A model generated the notes under the pieces. It saw only the letters and a list, made by a program, of their open reading frames with translations. It ran no database searches and had not been told where the DNA came from. The position numbers and the translations under genes were made by a program. A stretch of 63,803 nt of DNA, the filler included, from an uncultured Ignavibacteriales bacterium (GTDB taxonomy: Bacteria; Zixibacteria; MSB-5A5; GN15; JAAZOE01), in assembly GCA_964611355.1 (NCBI GenBank). It is 4 parts of 4 records of this genome, joined end to end, with 100 filler letters (N's around TTAATTAATTAA, not from the genome) between each part and the next. Parts side by side here need not be neighbours in the genome. Positions count along the whole stretch, not along the records: positions 55,658 to 63,803 come from CAZSYD010000076.1; 3 more parts are not named here. The stretch is one strand, 5' to 3'. Each line of letters starts with the position of its first letter. Within the stretch, counting starts at the first letter, position 1. Below are positions 58,798-63,803 of this stretch, one piece after another.

Positions 58798-59475
58798 ATG
58801 AGTAATTATTACTCTCGGAAGCTCTCGGCTACGCGCCTTCGCAAGTGCTATGAGATCGCGCCGCCCCGCGTCAGGCAATATCTTGAGGCCGAAATCGATT
58901 TTGTGCTGGATAATATCAAACCTTTCGATCGGGTGCTGGAGCTGGGCTGCGGTTATGGGCGAGCTCTTGGACGTTTCATTGAAAAGTCCGGTATGGTTGT
59001 CGGTATTGATACATCGTACGAAAGCCTGGCGCTGGTTAGGGAAACCATTGGCGACAGCCCTGAATGCTGTCTCGCCGAGATGGATGCCGCACGCCCTGGT
59101 TTTGCCGACCGTTGCTTCGATCTGGCAATGTGCATACAAAACGGCATATCGGCTTTCAAGGTTGACCGCCTTAATCTGATACGGGAGTCACTACGGGTTA
59201 CGCGCATCGGCGGAACGGTTCTTTTTTCCAGTTATTCCGAAAGCTTCTGGTCCGACCGCCTGGAATGGTTTGAGATTCAGGCCGAGCACGGTTTGGTGGG
59301 AGAGATTGATTACGATGCCACCGGAGACGGTGTAATCGTCTGCAAAGACGGCTTTCGGGCCGAGACTATTGACTCGGGTGAATTTAAGAATCTTGTTTCG
59401 GGATTTGAAGTTGAGTCAATAATTACTGAAGTTGACAATTCAAGCCTTTTCTGCGTGATTAAAAAAACAGCCTGA
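58798..59475 (+). CDS. Class I SAM-dependent methyltransferase
   Basis: VLELGCGYG, VGID.S, MDA, FD and E..RV...GG. Confidence 0.9.
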   Translation: MSNYYSRKLSATRLRKCYEIAPPRVRQYLEAEIDFVLDNIKPFDRVLELGCGYGRALGRFIEKSGMVVGIDTSYESLALVRETIGDSPECCLAEMDAARPGFADRCFDLAMCIQNGISAFKVDRLNLIRESLRVTRIGGTVLFSSYSESFWSDRLEWFEIQAEHGLVGEIDYDATGDGVIVCKDGFRAETIDSGEFKNLVSGFEVESIITEVDNSSLFCVIKKTA

Positions 59476-59558
59476 TTCCATATACGACGCCTTGTTTATC
59501 AACAAAGACTAATAAAAAATAGTGGCGACATGAAGATCAGTATAACATATTCAAGGCA

Positions 59559-60494
59559 ATGATTGTCTATACTGACAGTATCGATTACGCCGTGCGGACT
59601 CTTCCCGGCGCAGTCAACTGGGATCAGGCGCCGCCTACTTTTGCCGACCGGAACCTGAAGATTCTGACAGACAACCTCTATCACGACCGGCCTTTTCAGC
59701 GAACGGTTATCTATACGCCGTACCGCTGGAAATACCTGTTCATGGTTGAAAAGGCGCCCTCGTCGCATTTCGATTTGCTGGTAAGACTTGGCCGGGAAGG
59801 CGTTGCTCTGCCCGATGGTATATTATGCATGGCCGAATCGGGAGGTAAATTTCACGGTCAGCGTAATCGTCCATGGACCGGCCTGGAGGGGAATATTCAC
59901 CTCGTCGTTTATCTGACGCCCAAAAGAAGGATTGACCATTTTGACGTCGCCTTTACCATCCTTTCCACTGTATCGACAATCAACGCCGTCGATGCTATTG
60001 ACGGACTAAACGGCCGGGCGGCCATCAAGTGGGTCAATGATATTCTCATTGACGAGGCCAAAGTGGGCGGCGTCCTGACGCATACTCAAAGTGTCGAGGG
60101 TGACATCACCGCCGTCGTGTTGGGGATCGGTCTTAACGTTAAGGCAAATCCGGATATTGAACCCGACCCGTATGTCCTTCGGGCAACCTCGCTGCATGAG
60201 CATCTCCAGAACCACGAAAAATGCAACCTGCAGGTTATCTTCCGGCATCTGACGCGCGCCCTGGATGAAAATTATCAATTGCTGTTGGAAAATCAATATT
60301 CCAGACTTCTGGAAACCTACCGCAAAAGGTCGCTGGTGATCGGCCGCCGGGTGAAAATTGTCAGCGATCCGGCCGAGGGAACCGAGCGCGATATCGCCGA
60401 AGGAACCGTTTCCGTTATCGGCGAAAATCTTGAGCTAATCCTTGAAAAACATAACGAGCCGATAAACAGGGGCAGGCTTATCCTGAAAAGCTGA
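59559..60494 (+). CDS. Biotin-protein ligase (BirA-like, no HTH), divergent
   Basis: IKWVNDI, KVGGVL, LGIGLNV and ATSL; SH3-like C-terminus; sits next to biotin-dependent decarboxylase genes. Confidence 0.85.
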   Translation: MIVYTDSIDYAVRTLPGAVNWDQAPPTFADRNLKILTDNLYHDRPFQRTVIYTPYRWKYLFMVEKAPSSHFDLLVRLGREGVALPDGILCMAESGGKFHGQRNRPWTGLEGNIHLVVYLTPKRRIDHFDVAFTILSTVSTINAVDAIDGLNGRAAIKWVNDILIDEAKVGGVLTHTQSVEGDITAVVLGIGLNVKANPDIEPDPYVLRATSLHEHLQNHEKCNLQVIFRHLTRALDENYQLLLENQYSRLLETYRKRSLVIGRRVKIVSDPAEGTERDIAEGTVSVIGENLELILEKHNEPINRGRLILKS

Positions 60495-60514
60495 ACCGGA
60501 ATACCGAATGCCAC

Positions 60515-60543
60515 TTGACACTGTCGCCTGATACCCTTATAAT
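60515..60543 (+). promoter_or_regulatory. Consensus sigma70 promoter of the oadGAB operon
   Basis: Exact TTGACA-N17-TATAAT. Confidence 0.85.
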
Positions 60544-60646
60544 AACCTTCAATTAAAACGGATGCCCGTTACCGGGTTGAAATATGTTCATCTTTGGCAT
60601 TACAGATCCATGTCTTTGCGTTTTCATTCTCCGGAGAGATTAATCC

Positions 60647-60859
60647 ATGGAATCAACAGAACTTCTGATTATCTGCGTTTCGGCTTTCGCCGCCGTTTTT
60701 TTCCTTCTGGCCGTTCTGGCGCTTTTGATGCGTCTTATCATAGTCATTTTCCCGGAAAAAGAAGGAGCCACCGACGCGGTCATGATTGCTGCGGTTACAT
60801 CGGTGGCGCAGTCGGTCTATCCGGGTACGAAAGTAACCAGGGTTGAGGAGATAAAATGA
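60647..60859 (+). CDS. oadG: OadG-like gamma subunit of a Na+-translocating decarboxylase
   Basis: Single TM (VF..L..L), then D...IAAVT..A; directly upstream of and overlapping the alpha subunit. Confidence 0.75.
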   Translation: MESTELLIICVSAFAAVFFLLAVLALLMRLIIVIFPEKEGATDAVMIAAVTSVAQSVYPGTKVTRVEEIK

Positions 60860-62709
60860 TATATACAAAAACAGGAAAAACGATTCGAGTGATGTTCACC
60901 CCTTTTCGCGACGGTCTTCAGAGCTCTTTCGGCGGTAAGGTACGCCTTGGCGATATTCTTCCAGCCATGCGGGCCTCGGTCGAGGCCGGTATCCGCCATT
61001 TCGAATTCGGCGGAGGGGCTCGCTACCAGGCGCCTTATTTCTATCTCGGAGAAGACCCGTTTGACGATATGAAAAAGATGCGCGAAACGGTCGGTCCCGA
61101 CATTGACCTGCAGATATTAACCCGTTCCGTTTCCGGTGTGACGCTGACGACCCAGTCGATCGAGGGTCTCACCTTGCAGGCCGGGTTAATGAAAGAAAAC
61201 GGTACCACCTGGGACCGCAATTTCGACTACATGAACGACGTCGACAACCTAATCAGGACGGGTAAACCGATTGTCGATGCCGGCATGCATCATCAGGTCT
61301 GCATTGCGCTTATGGGTCTCCCGTTTCATTCGGATAAGGTGCATACCGCGGAATTTTATATAAACATAGGCAAACGGCTGCTGGACAGTGGCATGCATAT
61401 TGACAGCATCTGTCTGAAAGACGCCAGCGGCACGACCGATCCCAAGACAATCTATGACAGTGCTATCGGCCTGAAAAAGATCATGCCGCCGGAGATGCCG
61501 CTCTGGCAGCACACGCATGATACGGCCAGCATGGCGGTGGCCTGTTACATGGCCGGTATTGAAGGCGGCGTCGACGGCGTCGATCTTTCGGTCCGCCCGA
61601 TGGCCAGCGGCACCGTCCAGCCCGATCTCCGCTCGATGGCCCACGCCCTGAAAGGCACCGGCTACAAGCTGGATATTGACGCCGATAAAATGCACGAGAT
61701 CGAGAACGTGCTTAATGAAGATATGAAACTGTACGACTTCAATCCAGCCACCACTACCGCCGACGCGCGGGTGCTGGGTTTTCCGATGCCGGGCGGTGCC
61801 ATAGGCCCCAATGTCCACATGATGGTCAAGGCCGGTGTAGCCGATAAGTACGGCGATGTCCTTGCCGAATTCCCTGTGGTCGTTGAAGCCGGCGGGGCCT
61901 GGACCAGCGTCACTCCCGGCAGCCAGCAGTATTGGTTGCAGGCATTTAATAACAGCCTTTTTGGCCGCTGGAAAAAGATCGATCCCGGTTATGGCAAGGC
62001 TGTCCTCGGGTATTTCGGCAAAACGCCCCTTCCGCCCGATCCGCAGGTAATCAAGTTCGCTTCGGAACAGCTTAAGCTGGAACCGTTCACCGGCGACCCG
62101 CTCGAGGCTGCGCCAAAAAACATCGAACCGGCCAGAAAGGCCCTGGAAGAAAGAAATCTTCCAACTGATGATAAGAATATCTTTTTGGTTATGGCCGCCA
62201 TGGTTCCCGGCAAGAAAATGGAAGTCAACGAGGGAATCCGGTTTCTAACCGGAAAATCAAGAATCGACATTCCGATCAAAAAGAAAGAAGAACCCAAAGA
62301 ACCCAAACCGGCTGCAGTTCCCGCCGCTGTTTCGGCTGTCACCGGGCCGGTCACTACCCGCTGTATCGTGGAGGAAAACGGCGCCCGCCGCACCTTCACG
62401 GTTACGTTGGAGCCGATTGCAGTTGCCGCCGTCGGCCAGCCGGCCGCGGCTCCGGCAGCACCCGCCGCAGCGCCTCCGCCTTCAACCAACGGCACGCCGA
62501 TCTATTCCACCTTCGCCGGCGCGGTTGAGGTGGTCGATATCAAGGTCAGGGTCAGCGACTTGATTACCAAAGGGCAGGTGGTTGCCACCGTCGAAGCGAT
62601 GAAAGCCGAGCATGATATCAAATCGCCCCGCGATGGCAAGGTATCCGAGGTGCATGTCAACATCGGCGACGAAGTTGACTCCACCAAACCGATTCTAACC
62701 ATTACATAA
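60856..62709 (+). CDS. oadA: Oxaloacetate decarboxylase alpha / pyruvate carboxylase subunit B (carboxyltransferase + biotin domain)
   Basis: FRDGLQS, GGA, LKDASG, HTH, MPGG, SVTP.SQ, Pro/Ala linker and EAMK biotin site. Confidence 0.85.
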   Translation: MIYTKTGKTIRVMFTPFRDGLQSSFGGKVRLGDILPAMRASVEAGIRHFEFGGGARYQAPYFYLGEDPFDDMKKMRETVGPDIDLQILTRSVSGVTLTTQSIEGLTLQAGLMKENGTTWDRNFDYMNDVDNLIRTGKPIVDAGMHHQVCIALMGLPFHSDKVHTAEFYINIGKRLLDSGMHIDSICLKDASGTTDPKTIYDSAIGLKKIMPPEMPLWQHTHDTASMAVACYMAGIEGGVDGVDLSVRPMASGTVQPDLRSMAHALKGTGYKLDIDADKMHEIENVLNEDMKLYDFNPATTTADARVLGFPMPGGAIGPNVHMMVKAGVADKYGDVLAEFPVVVEAGGAWTSVTPGSQQYWLQAFNNSLFGRWKKIDPGYGKAVLGYFGKTPLPPDPQVIKFASEQLKLEPFTGDPLEAAPKNIEPARKALEERNLPTDDKNIFLVMAAMVPGKKMEVNEGIRFLTGKSRIDIPIKKKEEPKEPKPAAVPAAVSAVTGPVTTRCIVEENGARRTFTVTLEPIAVAAVGQPAAAPAAPAAAPPPSTNGTPIYSTFAGAVEVVDIKVRVSDLITKGQVVATVEAMKAEHDIKSPRDGKVSEVHVNIGDEVDSTKPILTIT

Positions 62710-62727
62710 AAACAAAAGGCAATCGGT

Positions 62728-63803
62728 ATGGAGATGATAGTTGAGCTTCTGCGGCAATCCGGTTTTGCCAATCTCAGTTGGGGCAACTGGGTAATGTTTG
62801 CCGTGGGAGCGGTTCTGATATATCTGGCCATTACCAAAAACTATGAGCCTCTGCTTCTGATTCCGATCGGGTTCGGCGCTATCCTGGCCAATCTGCCCCT
62901 GGCCGAGATGGGCTCATACGGTAACGGCATTATCGCGCTGGTTTACGATTCGGGCATCAAAACCGAACTGCTGCCTCCCATAATCTTTATGGGCGTGGGC
63001 GTCCTGACCGATTTCAGGCCTCTTCTTGGCCGGCCGCTGACTTTTCTTCTTGGAGCGGCCGCTCAACTGGGCATTTTTGCCGCTGCTTTGGGGGCAGCGT
63101 ACTTTCTGGGATTTAACTTCAAAGAAGCCGCCTCAATAGGCATCATCGGCGGCGCGGACGGCCCGACCTCGATCTTTTTGGCCAGTCAACTGGCCCCGCA
63201 CCTGCTTGGCCCAATCGCCGTGGCCGCTTACAGCTACATGTCGCTGGTGCCGATTATTCAGCCGCCGATTATGCGGCTTTTGACAAGCAAAAAAGAGCGT
63301 GCTATCGATATGCCCCAGGCGATTCCGGTCTCGCGGACGGCGGTTATCTTATTCCCGATCGTTACCGGCGTTGTCGCTTCGCTGGCGATTCCTTCGAGCA
63401 CTCCGCTGATCGGGATGCTGATGTTCGGCAATCTGCTCCGCGAATGCGGCGTCACCGAAAGGTTGCGCAAAACCGCCGGTGGAGCGTTGATCGATATCGT
63501 CACTATTTTCCTGGGAATTGCCGTCGGCGCAACTATGGACGCCGTGCATTTCCTGAATGTGAAAACGCTTTATATTCTCTTCCTTGGAGCGATTGCTTTT
63601 TCGTTCAGCACCGCCGGGGGCGTGATCTTTGCCAAGATTATCAATATCTTTCTGACCGGAGACAAAAAGATCAATCCCTGCATCGGCGCGGCGGGCGTGT
63701 CGGCCGTACCGATGGCGGCGCGGGTGGTGCAGAAGTTCGTCTCGGATGAAACCGACGGTCGGGTTAACCCGCTCATGCCGGCAATGGGTCCCAACGTCGC
63801 CGG
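62728..63803 (+). CDS. oadB: Na+-translocating decarboxylase beta subunit (3' end truncated by the window edge; absent from the ORF track)
   Basis: Read directly from the sequence: YLAITKNYEPLLLIPIGFG, TDF.PL, GAAAQLGIF, IIGGADGPT, AAYSYMSLVPIIQPP, IGAAGVSAVPMAARV and AMGPNVA. Confidence 0.95.
   Translation, partial: MEMIVELLRQSGFANLSWGNWVMFAVGAVLIYLAITKNYEPLLLIPIGFGAILANLPLAEMGSYGNGIIALVYDSGIKTELLPPIIFMGVGVLTDFRPLLGRPLTFLLGAAAQLGIFAAALGAAYFLGFNFKEAASIGIIGGADGPTSIFLASQLAPHLLGPIAVAAYSYMSLVPIIQPPIMRLLTSKKERAIDMPQAIPVSRTAVILFPIVTGVVASLAIPSSTPLIGMLMFGNLLRECGVTERLRKTAGGALIDIVTIFLGIAVGATMDAVHFLNVKTLYILFLGAIAFSFSTAGGVIFAKIINIFLTGDKKINPCIGAAGVSAVPMAARVVQKFVSDETDGRVNPLMPAMGPNVA

Noticed and set aside
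1..63803. CRISPR arrays, prophage, integrase, transposase, or Sec/Pyl read-through genes
   Set aside because: No regularly spaced direct repeats, no mobile-element proteins and no split ORFs with an in-frame TGA/TAG at a catalytic position were found by inspection.

Overview
Bacterial genomic DNA of about 50-55% GC (estimated by eye). It is really four contig pieces joined by artificial 100-nt spacers (44 N + TTAATTAATTAA + 44 N) at 19346-19445, 37470-37569 and 55558-55657, so adjacency across the gaps is not evidence of linkage. Gene content (PorV/PorQ-like barrel, DUF2723, DUF4159/DUF4175, split B12 mutases, Na+ decarboxylase) suggests an anaerobic FCB-associated lineage such as Zixibacteria (inference). 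Piece 1: pspC-like, prfA, DUF1385, rpmE, murQ, AGCS symporter, a SWIB protein with a histone-H1-like tail, pruA, NYN, PfkB kinase and CDP-alcohol phosphotransferase. Piece 2: DUF2723 GT-C protein, a DUF4159-DUF4175-TPR operon, fba, a CDF transporter and a kinase/receiver cluster. Piece 3: a divergent 4-hydroxybutyryl-CoA dehydratase homologue, tRNA-Ile2, tRNA-Val, guaB, rnpB, recJ and a large acyl-CoA mutase/carboxylase cluster. Piece 4: Zn-ADH, HDAC-family protein, a divergent biotin ligase and oadGAB. No CRISPR array, integrase or transposase was seen. Best leads: (i) an ICM-type and an MCM-type mutase large subunit beside a single B12 subunit and a single MeaB; (ii) an AbfD homologue that keeps the Fe-S cysteines but has lost the dehydratase catalytic residues; (iii) an unassigned structured RNA plus terminator between tRNA-Val and the Zn-ribbon/guaB genes; (iv) a possible inositol-lipid salvage gene pair; (v) a dispersed ~100-bp repeat at two contig ends; (vi) a putative ECF-sigma regulon of small envelope proteins. 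All family calls come from motif recognition, not database searches.
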